This document shows positions 32,856 through 44,698 of a DNA stretch of 64,000 nt, piece after piece (the first letter of the stretch is position 1; each line of letters begins with the position of its first letter). The stretch is from Rebecca billardiae RCC1528 (lineage: Eukaryota; Protista; Haptophyta), in NCBI GenBank assembly GCA_965240325.2, contig OZ251233.1:2108001-2172000 (forward strand), read 5' to 3'. The notes beneath the pieces are model-generated. The model was not told where the DNA came from and did no database searches. It saw only the letters and a list, made by a program, of their open reading frames with translations. The position numbers were made by a program, and so were the translations under genes.

Positions 32856-35694
32856 GGAGCGTGAGGGCGGCGAGGCGGCGCCGGCCGTGCCCGGCGACGG
32901 CGGCGGTCGGTCCCTCGCGCGCTGGTCCTCGCGCGGCGCGACCAAGCTCGAGCTCCCGGACTCGATCCCGCGGCTCAAGCCCGACGTGCTCACCGCCGGT
33001 GCGTTTTGGGGCGCCAAGCCGGGCGGCGGCTGCCAGTGGCAGTGGGGCACTTCTGTGAGCTGCCCGGTGGTGGCGGCCGCGCTCGCGCTCGTGCTCTCGG
33101 CGCTCGAGCCGAGGGCGCGCGCGCGGTTCAACCCGGGCTCGGCGCGGCAGTGGCTCGCGGCGAGCAGCGAGCCGCTCAACGGCAGCGCGCTCCTCGAGAG
33201 CGGCGGCGGCGTGCTGCAGCTGGAGCGCCTGTGGCGCGCCGCGCGCGCGTACCAACCGTCTGTGACTGTCTTCCCGCCGTCTCTGGACCTGACGGACTGC
33301 CCGCGGATGTGGCCGCACTGCCTCGCGCCGCTGTGGTACGGGCGGCTGCCGGTGGAGCTCAACCTCACGCTGCACGTCGGGCTCGGCGCGCACGCCGTCT
33401 TCGCCTCGCCGCCGCGCTGGCACCCCGCGGCGCGCGAGCACGTGCCGCTGCTGCGCGTGCAAACCGCCTCGGCGCGCGCGGTGCTCTGGCCCTACTCGGG
33501 CACGCTCGGCGTGCGGCTGTGGGCGGGCGAGGGGGCGCGCGCGTTCGAGGGCGTGGTGGAGGGCGAGCTGCGCTTCTCCGTCGTGCGCTCCGACGCGCGC
33601 GGCAAGCCCCTCTTTCGAGCGCGCCCCGTGCCCGTCGCCGTGCCCGTCCGTGCCGCGCTCGCGCCGCCGCCGCCGCGCTCGCGCCGGCTGCTGCTGGATG
33701 TGTGGCACTCGCTCTCGTACCCGCGCGTGGAGACGCCGTCGGACGACAACCTGAACGTGGCGGGCTCGTACGACGGCTTCGACTGGCTCGGCGACCACCC
33801 GCTCACCAACCTGCGCGGGCTGCTCGGCGCGCTCTCCGCCGCCGGGTACACCGTCGACACGCTGAGCGGCCCGCTCACCGACTTCGACGGCGCCGCGTAC
33901 GGCGCGCTGCTCATCGTCGACCCGGAGGAGTTCTGGGGCGGGCGGGAGGCGGCGAAGCTGGCGGCGGACGTGCGCGAGAAGGGGCTCGGGCTCGTCGTGC
34001 TCGCCGACTGGCACGACGCGCTCGTCCAGTCCGCGCACGACACGCCGGTCGGCGGGTGCAACGTGCCAGCGCTCAACTCGCTGCTCATGCGATTTGGGAT
34101 CGGCTTTGGAGGCACCGCACGCTCCGGCTCGTTCGTGCTGCAGCGGGGCGGCGGCGGCGGCGGCGGCGGCGGCGCGAGCGCGGCGGCACGCGGCGGCGGG
34201 CACGGCCTCACGCTGCAGCGCACCACGGCGCACGCGGGCGCGCCCGAGCCGGGCGCGGACGGTGAGCGCATTGTGTTCGCTTCTGGCAGTTGCATCGCGC
34301 AGCTGCCGGCCGGCGCGCTCTTTCTCAGCGCCAGGCTGCGCTCAGACCGCGCGGTGCTGCACGCGGCTGAGCGCGCGGCGGCGCTCGCGGCGGCGCGCGA
34401 GGTGGAGGACGCCAAGGAGGTGGACGCCGAGGACGAGGCGGAGCCCACGCACTCCGCGCCGGAGGGCGGCGGAGGTGCGGGCGAGGGCCAAGCGCGCGCG
34501 GCGCACGAGCAGCAGGGCGGTGCCTCGCACGGCGCCCGCGGCCCCCGCGCTGGGCGGAGGCTCGCCGAGGCGCGCGCGGCGGGCGCGCAGGGCGACGGGC
34601 TGCCGCGGGCGATGGGCACAGGCGCCGCCGCCGCGCCGCGCGCGCGCGGCTCACCGCCGCGCCTCGGCGCGCCCGGCACCTCGGCTGCGCCGCCGCCGCC
34701 GCCGCCGGCGCCGTCGGCCGCGCGCGCGCGCGCGGCCGACGGCGCCGGCGATCGGCGGCTGCTCTCGGCGGACGCAGCCGGCCGCGGCGGCGGCGTCCGG
34801 CGGCCGAGCGCGGCGCCCGAGCCGGCGGTGATCCTCGCGCTCGTCGACACCGACGGCTCGGCCACCGCGGCCGCGCCGCCGCGCGCGCCCGGCGGCGGCG
34901 CGCGCGGCGGCGGGCGCATCGCCGTGTACGGCGACTCGGCGTGTGTCGACGACGGACACGAGGGGGCAGGGGGAGGCTGCTGGGCGCTGCTGGAGGCGCT
35001 GGTGGGGTTCGCCACGCGCGGGGAGCTCGCGCCGCTCCTGCGCGACGCGCTCGAGACCGTCTCCGACCCGGGCGGCATGCGCGCCGACGCAACCCTGTGC
35101 GAGCCCGTGCAGCCAATCACGCCGCGCGCCGCGTTTGCAGACGCGGAGCGCAGGGCGCGCGCGCGCGTCGCCGCGCGCGGCGCGAGCGCGCCGCCGAGCC
35201 TGGCGAGCTTCTCGCGCGCGGTGGGCGCGAGCGGCGCGTGCGAGCGCGCGGCGCGGCGCGGCCCTGCGCTCGTCAACTGCTCGTACCCGCAGCCGCCGCG
35301 CTGGCGGGACGCTGAGCTCGACGCCGAGGGCGCGGCCGAGCCGGCGGCGGCGGCGGCGCGCGGCGCGTGGCGCGGGCCCGCCGGCCTCGCGCCTCAGGCG
35401 GTCGGCGGCGCGCGCGCGCAGAGCGGCGGCGCGGCGCACGGCGCGGGGCCGGGCTCGGCGCGCGCCGCGGACGCGATGCTGCTGCTGATGCCCGTGCTGA
35501 GCGTGCTGCTCGTGCTGCTGCTCGGCACCTGCTCGCTGCTGCGCTGCTGCCGCCGCGGCTGTGCGCGCGCCAAGCGGCGCGGGCGCTCGGCCGGCGCGGC
35601 GGCGGGCGGCGCGGCTGCGGCCGCGGGCTCGTCCTCCTACCACGGCTACGCTCCGCTCGGCCCCGCGGGCGCGGGCGCGAGCGGCGCGGAGTGA
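31795..35694 (+). CDS. MBTPS1: Membrane-bound site-1 protease (subtilase S8, SKI-1/S1P)
   Basis: Catalytic motifs VAVFDTG (D), GHGTFMAG (H), GNSGPAWGTTLNPADQ (oxyanion N) and GTSVSCPVVA (S). S1P-specific PPSLDLTDCP.MWP.C, DWLGDHP.TN and RIAVYGDS.C.D; C-terminal TM. The start may be 31873. Confidence 0.92.
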
Positions 35695-36118
35695 GCGAGC
35701 GCCAGTCGGGGACACCGGGCAGCGGGCTGACCGTCAGGCCAGGCGCCCGGCCCGATTGCACTCGGGTAGCTCCACACGGTCAATCCCGGCCCGTTCCGGC
35801 CCGTCGCCGGCCGTTGCCGCCTGCGGCGCTGCTGTCGACGAGCGAGCTAGAGCCCCGTGCAGTTGTCGGTGTGATACACGAAGCGATGCATCCAGCGTAG
35901 AACTTCAAGTGGGTCATCTTGCTCAAGCTGCACGCGCGGTGCCCGCCGCCATCGTGCGGCGAAAGCCCCCTGTGACTGTCGTTGTGAGGGCTGGGGCTTG
36001 TTTCGTCAAGCGTCAAGAGCAAAAGAGTTCAAGCCAGAGTTCAAGCCAGACGTCGGCCGCGCCAGCAACGCGCACCGCCGTGCTTGGCCTGCCGGGGAGT
36101 CGGTCGATCGCACGGGCG

Positions 36119-38295
36119 ATGTCGATGGCCTGCCGACCGCGCGGCATGGCGGCGGCCACCGCCGCGTGCCTGCTCGCCACGCTGCACGTCGGCGCCGCCG
36201 CGCGGGTCGCGCCGCGCCCCCGCGCCATCTGGCGCCCCGGCGCGCCGGCGCACGCCGCGCCGCACATTGCCCTCCCGCGCAAGCCCGCGCTCGGCGAGCT
36301 GCTGGGCGACGAGCCGCCGCACAACGTGAGCGCGGCGCTGATGGCGGAGTGGCAGGCGTTGCTCGCGCCGGCGAACCTGAGCGTGCTCGTCGTCGGCGTC
36401 GGCACGTGCGCCCTCGCCGCGCACTCGCGCTCGCTGCCCTTTGCCGTGTGGGCGGGCGGGTGCGCGCATGCCCTCTCGCAGCGCTACCTGCAGAAGCGAG
36501 AGCCGCCGGGCGCGGTGACGGAGGAGGAGATGCTGGTCGCCGCGCACGCCACGCTCGCCGGGCTGGGGCGCGCGATCACGCTGCTCCTCGCCGCGGCGAC
36601 GCTTCTCGCCTCCTCGGCAGCTATCAGCACTTACCTCGGCGCCGCGGTCCTGAGCACGCACGCGCGCAGGTGGGCACGCCGACGGCGCGCGCGCCGGCTG
36701 CAGGCGGGCGTGAGGCTGGAGCCGCCGTCGGGCGCGCCGGCGCCGCCGCCGCCGCCGCCGAGCGGCAGCCTCTCGCCGCCGCCGCGCGCGCCGCACCGCG
36801 CGCGGCTGCTCGCACACACGCGCGCGTGCGGCGCGCAGCTGCTGGCGTTCTGCCAGCTAGCCGCGCTCGAGTTGGTCTGGGCGCTGCGCCCGATGGGCAC
36901 CGCGGTGCTGTTCGGCGCGCAGCGGCTGCGGGTGTGGCTGCCGCGCGCGATCAGCTTCCTCATCAGCGTCGAGTGGGCGCAGACCTTCGAGGCCGCCTCC
37001 ACCGGAGTCCGGGACTTTGCCTCGGGCTTTGGCGGCGCGCTCTCAGGCGTGCCGCAGGGCATTGCCTACCAGGCGAACATCCGGGGGCTGCAGTTCGAGA
37101 ACTTCCTCGCGAGCTCGTGGGTGCGTGCGTGCCGTGGGGGCTGCGCACGGGGGGCTGGGCGCGCGCGCGGGTGCGCGCGCGGGTGCGCGCCGCGCTCGCC
37201 CCCGACCACTGCCTGCTCTCAGCGCGGCGCGCGCCGCACCGCGCCGCACCGCGGCCCTGTCTCTGCCTCCTGGCGTGTGTGCGCGCACGCGGCACAGAGC
37301 TCGTGGCTGCAGCTGCGCGCCAAGTGGCTGCGCTCGTCCAAGTACAAGAAGCGGCGGCGCGGCGGGAAGAAGCAGAAGAACGACCTCGCGCAGGCGATCG
37401 AGTACGCGATGCAGTCGACGATCACCGGCGCAAAGTCCGGCTGGGTCCGGTGGCAGCTGCAGGCGGCGCAGCAGAAGGCAAGCCAGCAGCGCGGCCCCGC
37501 GGCGCGCGCGCCCGGCGCGGCCGGCGCGGGCAAGAGCGGGAGCGTGGCCAAGCTGAGCACGACGAGCACGGCCAAGCACCGCACGGGCGCGGCCGCGGGG
37601 GCGCCCACGCCGCCAGGCGGCAGCGCCGGCCTGAGGGGCAGCTCGCGTGCCGCTGCCGCCGTGCCCGCGGCCAGCCGCGCCGCCGAGCGCGCTGCGGCCG
37701 CCAAGCCGGCCGCGGAGGCGAGCGGCTTGAGCCAGGTGTGACAGCGGCGGACGCGCAGCGCGCGGGCGCGCCCCGTGCACCCGCGCGCACGCCCCCGGCG
37801 CAGGCCCGTTCCCCGCCGTCCGCCGCGCGCGCGCGCCCGACGCCCGCCGCGCGCGGCCCCGCCCGCGCGCGCCGCGCGCCGCGCCGCCCGCAGGGCATCC
37901 CGCCTCTGCCGAGGCCGCGCGCCGTCGTGACCAACCAGTACGCGCCCTCGGCGGCGGCTGGCAAGGGCAAGGGCGCGCCCAAGCCTGCGATGAGGCCCAT
38001 CGACGTCGTGGCCGCCTTCAGCCCGAAGTCCAAGCCGGGCGCGCAGCACGGCGCGGAGCAGCAGCGCACGGCGCACTTCTGGGAGGCGTGGGTGCCGCGG
38101 ATGGCGTCCAAGCCGAAGAAGGAGGCGCCGGCGGTGGTCGACATCGAGGCGCTCTCCGTCCCTGTGCCCGTGCCCGCGCCGAGCGAGCGCGCAGCGCGCG
38201 AGCACGCCGGGGCCGACGAGGGCAGCGCCGCAGCGCCGCAGCGCGCGGAGCCAGAGGGCGCGGACGTCGTCGAGGGCGACGGCGACAGCGTCTGA
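36119..38295 (+). CDS. Hypothetical multi-exon membrane protein
   Basis: Signal-like N-terminus, hydrophobic helices and a basic KYKKRRRGGKKQK patch. Probable introns 36710-36838, 37121-37297 and 37736-37893 join the ORF-track fragments. Confidence 0.55.
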
Positions 38296-38798
38296 GCCTG
38301 GCGGAGCCAGGCGCAGGCTCTGTGTGCACAGTGGTACTCGCATTCGATCGTGGCATCATCAGCGAGCACCCTGCGTCGATGTCGCAGCCGGCCACCAGAG
38401 CGCGGTCGGCAGCCATGATGCTGATCAGACATGCCCTACGCGAGTGGGGCGTGCGGCAGGACCACAAAGCCCAGGCGTGTGGCGAATTAGGACTGGCGCA
38501 ATTACGACAACTCGCATATTTTCATCAGGGCGAATCAGGCCGCGTCTTTGCGCGTGCATCTCGGCATCTTCGGCAGCTTCCGTCCGCTTCACCGCGCGCA
38601 CGCCGCTCACAGCAGCTCTCCATCACGGCGCCTGCTCGATAATAATGAATAAATGATGATCAGGCGCTCGCACGCATCAGGCCTCATATTGGCCATGGCA
38701 GCGGCCCCTATTGATCTCGTCAACCAGGATCCCCGCATAAACACGCGCAAAACATGTGCATCGACCATCGACCGTCGGAGCGGCCGGGTTCTGCAGAG

Positions 38799-40583
38799 AT
38801 GCGAAGTCGTTCGCACCTGCCGTCCGGCGGTGCCGCATCTTTCGAAGCCAGGAGCGAGCACACGCACGCGCGCGAGATGGAGGGCTGGCTGCGTCTCGGC
38901 GAGGGGGAGCAGGAGCGCTCCATGTATGCCGTCCTCGCGGACACCCAGCTGACGTGCAGAGACCTCGCCGCCGACGCGCCGGGCAGCGGCACCGACGGCC
39001 CGACGCCGCCGTCGACCTGGTCGGTCTCACTCGGCTCAGGGCGCACGGCGGTGCTGCCGGGCGCGGCCGGCGTGATCCACCTGTACGTCGGCGCGAGCGT
39101 GCACGCCGTGCGCGGGCTGGACCAGGAGGACACGCGCGTCTGGTTCAACGCCCTCGCCGCCGCCGCCGACCCCTCGCGCTCCTTCCTGCCGCCCGTGTCT
39201 GCGCGCGCGGAGGACGCGCTGCTGAGCATGGTCACGCACGGCTGCTTCGAGGCGCTGGGCGAGGGGCTGCGCGAGGCGGCGCACGCGCGCACGCTGCCGT
39301 GCATGGGCCCGGCGCTCCTCGCGCTCGCGTGCGCGCGGGGCCACCTGCAGTGCCTCGACGCGCTGCTCAGCGCGGGCGTCCCGGCGAACGCGGCGGTCGA
39401 CGGTCGCACCGCGCTTGCGGTCGCCGCCGCCGAGGGCCGTTGGGTGTGCGTGCGCGCCCTCGCCGCGGCGGGCGCCGACCTGGAGATCGTCGACGAGGAC
39501 GGCTCGACCGCGCTCGCATTCGCCGCCGAGTCCGGCCACACGCCGTGCGTCCGCGCGCTCATCGAGCTGGGCGCGTCCGTCGACCACGCGAGCCAGGCAG
39601 AGCTCACGCCGCTGGCGCGCGCGTGCGCCCGCGGCCACGAGGGGAGCGTTGGCGCGCTGCTGGCGGCGGGCGCGGACGTCTCGCGCGTGGACGAGACGGG
39701 GCACGCGCCGCTGCACCACGCCGCGCGCCACGGCCACGCCGCGTGCGTGCGCCGCCTCCTCGCCGCCGGCGCCGAGCCGAACGCGACCCCGGCCGACGGC
39801 ACGACCGCCCTGATGCTGGCTTGTGTCGGCGGGCACGAGGCTGCGTGCGCTGAGCTGATTGAAGGGGGCGCGGACGTGGACGCGGCGCCGAGCACGGCGG
39901 TGACCGCGCTGATCGCGGCGTGCGTGCGCGAGCAGCTCTCCTGCGCCGAGCTCCTGCTCCGCCGCGGCGCCGCCATCGACAAGGCCCTCGACGGTGCGGG
40001 CACCGTCCTGCACTGGGCGTGTCTCAAGGCGCGGCTCAGCGTCGTGCAGCTGCTGTCATCGTATGGCGCGGCGCGCACGTTCGAGGACGGCAGCACGGCG
40101 GAGGGGATCGCGGCGAGCGCGGGGCCGCGCGCCGAGGGCGTGCTCCGCTTCCTCGAGCGCTCGCGCCACTGGACCTCCACGCTGCACCACGCCGAGTTCA
40201 TCTCCGCCGCGCGCGCGCGCGAGCTGCTTGTGAACGGCTGCGCGGACCCGCACGAGCGCGCGCCGGGCGTGCGCGACGCGCCGTCGCCCGTCGACGTGGC
40301 GCGCGCGCTGCGCGAGGCGGGCGCGGCGCCGCCGGGCTCGGCCGCGCACCTCGTGCTCGAGGCGGCGGAGCCGTGGTCCCCGTCCAACCACCACACCTTC
40401 CCGCCGCACGCGCGCGCGCGCGCCGCCGAGCTGCTGCGGCTGGGCTGCGAGCTCGCGCACGAGCCGAGGTTTGACAGCGTCGCGCAGGCGGTGCGGGACG
40501 TGTGGGTGGAGCACGTGCTGCCGCACGCGGTCACGCGCGCGGCGCACGAGCGCGCGCCGCCGCTGAGCGTGCTCGCGCCGTGA
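38799..40583 (+). CDS. PH-domain + ankyrin-repeat protein
   Basis: PH-like MEGWL...W.NALAAA, about 7-8 ankyrin repeats (DGRTALAVAA, DGSTALAFAA, GHAPLHHAA, DGTTALMLAC) and a C-terminal WSPSNHHTFP domain. Confidence 0.85.
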   Translation: MRSRSHLPSGGAASFEARSEHTHAREMEGWLRLGEGEQERSMYAVLADTQLTCRDLAADAPGSGTDGPTPPSTWSVSLGSGRTAVLPGAAGVIHLYVGASVHAVRGLDQEDTRVWFNALAAAADPSRSFLPPVSARAEDALLSMVTHGCFEALGEGLREAAHARTLPCMGPALLALACARGHLQCLDALLSAGVPANAAVDGRTALAVAAAEGRWVCVRALAAAGADLEIVDEDGSTALAFAAESGHTPCVRALIELGASVDHASQAELTPLARACARGHEGSVGALLAAGADVSRVDETGHAPLHHAARHGHAACVRRLLAAGAEPNATPADGTTALMLACVGGHEAACAELIEGGADVDAAPSTAVTALIAACVREQLSCAELLLRRGAAIDKALDGAGTVLHWACLKARLSVVQLLSSYGAARTFEDGSTAEGIAASAGPRAEGVLRFLERSRHWTSTLHHAEFISAARARELLVNGCADPHERAPGVRDAPSPVDVARALREAGAAPPGSAAHLVLEAAEPWSPSNHHTFPPHARARAAELLRLGCELAHEPRFDSVAQAVRDVWVEHVLPHAVTRAAHERAPPLSVLAP

Positions 40584-41012
40584 GCTGAGGGCTGCCCGCG
40601 CGCCGCGCCTGCTGTTCGTGCTGACTAGCACCGGGCCGCCTCCGCCTCCGCCTCCGCCTTGGTCTTGGAGAGGCGGGTGACAGCGACTCGTCTCCAGTCT
40701 GTCTGTCGTCTCTGAGTCTGACCGGATGAAGCCGATTGACGTATATGATGATCATGACGACCGATGTCGTCACACATTGAAGCAGCATGGTATAACACGG
40801 ATAACGACGAGATTGACGATCGACTCCGATGTGCTCGTCCCATCGGAATCAGCAGCGACTTCTAAAGACTAAAGAGTCTTTAGCTCTAAGCCGGCCGCGC
40901 AGCGCCCTGACTCGGTGCGGGCGACCGCACGGCAGCTGGTGACCGACGCCTGACCGACCCGGCACGTCTCCCTCGCCAGGACGGTGCCCCAGTCGGCCTG
41001 GGCATCGCCAGG

Positions 41013-41408
41013 TCACCTCCAGCCCACGTCGTGGATCATGCGCGACTTCTCGACGATGAACTTGCCCTCCTTGTACTTTTGGTCCTCCGCAAACGCCTGC
41101 ACGTACGTCCAGCCGAGCGTGCCGCGGCAGGTGATGCAGAAGGTGTCGGCCACGGTGTGCAGGCCTGTCATCAGGTTGCGGTTCTCGTGCGGCCCGGTGA
41201 GGACGTTGACGCAGTGTGACACCAGGAACGCACGGCCGTGGCGCCCGTTGAATGACTTGCTGATGATTGCGTCCGCGTGCGCAATGTGCGTCCGGCACGA
41301 GGCGCACGAGAAGATGTGCTCCCCAGCGAGCTGCACGAGCGGCGCGTCTTCTGGGGGCGCCTTCTCGGCCGATTCCGAGTCGCGCCGTAACCCGTGGTAC
41401 AGCGGCAT
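41013..41408 (-). CDS. YPEL: Yippee-like zinc-binding protein
   Basis: FSCASCRTHI...IISKSFNGRHGRAFL...NLMTGLHTVAD.FCITC...LGW.Y..AF..DQKYKEGKFIVE. Confidence 0.95.
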   Translation of the reverse strand: MPLYHGLRRDSESAEKAPPEDAPLVQLAGEHIFSCASCRTHIAHADAIISKSFNGRHGRAFLVSHCVNVLTGPHENRNLMTGLHTVADTFCITCRGTLGWTYVQAFAEDQKYKEGKFIVEKSRMIHDVGWR

Positions 41409-41582
41409 GCCGCCCCCCCCGCCCGGGCGCCTGCTCCTCCGGCGGCCCGCGTTGCCGGTTGGCGACCGCTCCGGAGCGATTAAACAAGTGGACGTGAGTT
41501 CGGAGCCGGGATCCCCAAGCGCGGCGCACGGGCGCGCATGGCTCCTGGTCCTCCTGGCGTCTGAGCGCGCGGGGGGCGCGCC

Positions 41583-44541
41583 ATGGGGCTCCAGAGCGCA
41601 GGCGCGCACAAGAACGGCAGCCCGAACGGGCATGGGCCCAAGCCCAAGCCGGCGGCCGCGCGGCGCGGGCGCACCACCGCGGGCATGTGGATGGCCTTCC
41701 TGCTCGCGGCGGCCATGCTGATCGCGGTGTTTGTGGTGTATGGCAACTCGGCGCTCGACAAGGGGGTGACGAGCCCGTCGTTCTCGCCGGTGATCACCCG
41801 GCCGTACTTCTCCAGCGGGATCCGCAACGCCTCGTCAGCCATCACCGCCCTCGCGAGCGCTCGTCTCGGCGCCGGCGCCGGCGCCAAGCAGTGGTGGAAG
41901 CGCGGCGGCCTGGCGGGCGGCCAGCCGCAGCTGCCCAACGGCGTCGCGCAGATGTCGTTGGCGCAGCGGGCGCAGCGGCAGGACGCGATCCACGCGTCGG
42001 CGGCGTACTGGGCGAGCCAGCACATGCAGCGCTGGCAGCCCAGCGGCTACTGCCGCCACTTCCGCGTGGGCGACCGCAAGGACTTTCTGATGACGATCGC
42101 GCCGATGCTGACCGACCAAGGCCTGTGCCCGAGCTTCAACAAGTCGTTCGACGTGTACTGGGGGTTCGCGCTGAACGCGATCGAGGCGTTCATGGCGCCG
42201 CAGCTCAAGAAGAACGTCGCCGACGACGCCATCATCAACTCGCTCCCGATGATGATGCAGCTCGTCGGCGAGAAGCCGTCGATTGCCAACCTGCAGCACG
42301 ACTGCTTCAAGAACTTCTACAAGCCGCACAAGGGGCACGACGGGAAGCACGAGCGGTGGGCGAAGCTGGAGCAGCGCGGCTGGTGCTCGTTCACGCAGCC
42401 CGGCTTCAACGCGCGGCGCGAGCACGACACCGGCCCCGTCCGGCTGCAGTACAACGCGATGCACACGTTCGCCGACCGCAAGCACAAGAAGACGGGCAAG
42501 TTCCCTGGCCTGTGGATCGTCAAGAGCATGCTGGCCTACTCGCAGCAGGGCATCCAGCTGGTGTGGCTGCGCGAGGAGGACCTGCGCGACGACGCGAGCT
42601 TCGCGCGCTGGGCCGAGCAGCGCATCCCCAAGGGCGACTTCACCGTGCAGTACTACCTCGCCGACCCAATGCAGTGGCGCGACCGCAAGTTCGACATGCG
42701 CGTGCTCGCGCTCATCACGTCCGTGCGGCCGCTCCGCTTCTACGTGCTCGACCACGCCTTCCCCAAGATCGCGACGAAGGCGTACACGACGCGCGTCGAG
42801 TCGCTGAAGGACTCGTGCGTGCACTTCCGCATGCCCGTGTGCGAGGACCCCGTCAAGCCGTACCCCGAGTCGACGGACCGCAAGCTCTTCCGCGACAACC
42901 TGCTGCCGCCTCTGTCCTCGTATTCAGACTGGGACACACGGCTCTACCCCGCGCTGTACAAGACGCTGCTCAAGGTGGTGCTGCTCGCGAGGAAGCAGGT
43001 GCGCGCGCCGAGCCGCGCGGCCGTGCGCGCGCGCGCAGCGAGCGAGCCGGCTGGGGCGGCCGCGTCGCGCATCCCGCGCACGCCGCCGTCGCCCCCGCCG
43101 CGGCCGTCGCCCCGGCCCTCTCTCGCCGACGGCGCGGCGCGCGTGCGGCCGCGCGCCGTGCCGCGCCGTCGTCCGCCAAACAGCTGCTCAAGGCTGACCG
43201 GCGGCTGTGCAAGCACGGCTTCCTGCACAAGCGCGTGCAGGTGCTGCAGCCCGACGTGATCTACGACGTGGCCGGCAACGCGTACGTGATCGAGATGAAC
43301 ACCAACGGCTTCATGGTCGGCTCGCTGCACAAGGAGTTCTTCGACGCGACGCTGCAGATGCGCTCCGCGCTCGAGATCTCAGGCGTCGGCCGGTGCGCGC
43401 GCGGCCGCGGCCGCGGCCCGCGGCGCGCGCACGGCGCGCGCGCGCGCTCGCAGCGCCAGCCGCGCCTGTGGGCGGCGGAGGGCGGCGCGGGCTGGCGGGC
43501 GGACAGGCCGCCCGACGCGCCAAGGACACGCGCCGATCGCGCGCCGCCGCGCGCGCCCCGGCGCTCCGCTCCCCTGCGCCCCGCAGCTACCCACTCGAGC
43601 CCCGCTACCGCGAGGGCAAGAGCCGCGTGATGGGCGAGTACTGCGCGGGCACGGACGGGCTCACGCTCGCGACGGACGCGGACCTCGCGGGGCACGGCAT
43701 CCCAACGATGCCGCAGCGGTGCATGGAGCGGCTCGCCGACACGTGCACCGCGCGCGAGGGCGACGCGATCGCGACGATGCTCGACGAGTGGTGCCACGCC
43801 GGCCGCTGGCTGTCGGTGTGGCCGCCGCGTGACGAGCGCACGTTCAAGCACGTGACCAAGATCTACAAGGACGTGTCCCAGGACGTGCTGCGGCCGCTCT
43901 TCTGGTCGCCGAGCGACGGGCAGATGCTGCGCTTCGCGCGCTGGATGCAGCTGGACAGCGAGTACGTGCGCGACGGCGCGCTCGCCTTCTGCGGCGCTGA
44001 GAACCAGCGGCTGGTCGAGAACCGCACGCTCGGCGTGCCGGGGTGCAAGTGCCGCGACACGCTGCGGAGGCCCAACCAGGAGCACACGGCCAAGGTGCTC
44101 AGCATCAAGAACCCCAACCGCCCCGACGCGAAGAAGCCGAAGAACGACACAGTCGTCGTCGCCGTGGGCAGCGGCAGCCCCGCCGTCGTCTCTCAGGAGG
44201 ACACCAGCGGCAAGGACTTGCTCGGCAGCGCCGCGATCGCGCAGGGCCAGCTCAAGGCGCGCATGCCGGTGCGCGACCTCAAGCGCTTCCCGCCCGGGTA
44301 CGAGGGCGAGGGGTACGACGGCAGGTCGGACAACGGCAAGTTGACGCAGGAGTTCGAGAATGCGCGCATCGCGGGCTTCAAGATGTACAGGGGGCAGCTC
44401 GTCAAGCCAAAGGGCGAGAAGGGCGAGAAGGGCGACGGGAAGGGCGGCGGCGAGACGAAGAGAAAAGCGCACGGCGGGCACCACCGCGTCACCATCAGGG
44501 GTGGCGGCGGCGCGAGATCCCATGGCGGCGATTCGTCATGA
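41583..44541 (+). CDS. Tubulin-tyrosine-ligase-like ATP-grasp protein with an N-terminal signal-anchor (3 exons)
   Basis: TTL motifs LWIVK...QQGIQLV, VQYYLADP....RKFDMRVLALITSVRPL and DVIYD...AYVIEMN. TM segment WMAFLLAAAMLIAVFVVY. Introns 42999-43183 and 43393-43586. Confidence 0.82.
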
Positions 44542-44698
44542 GACATGATGTCCATGATAATTGATATATGATATATATATATATATATGTATGTATATAT
44601 ATACGGGGGCCAGGTTCCCCAGCATCAAGCACTGCATCTGCAGCAGCCCGCCGGCGGGCCGGGCTGCGACATCGACTACCAGTACCACCTCATCTGCT

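Noticed and set aside
29391-33368. 1325-aa ORF overlapping site-1 protease
   Set aside because: The portion above 31748 is the codon-aligned antisense shadow of S1P; only the FIST-LON part is credible.
29391-41408. LON-domain gene plus Yippee gene as a split cereblon, or a proteostasis gene cluster
   Set aside because: The genes are 10 kb apart with unrelated genes between them, Yippee is a canonical YPEL, and eukaryotic neighbourhood alone is weak evidence.
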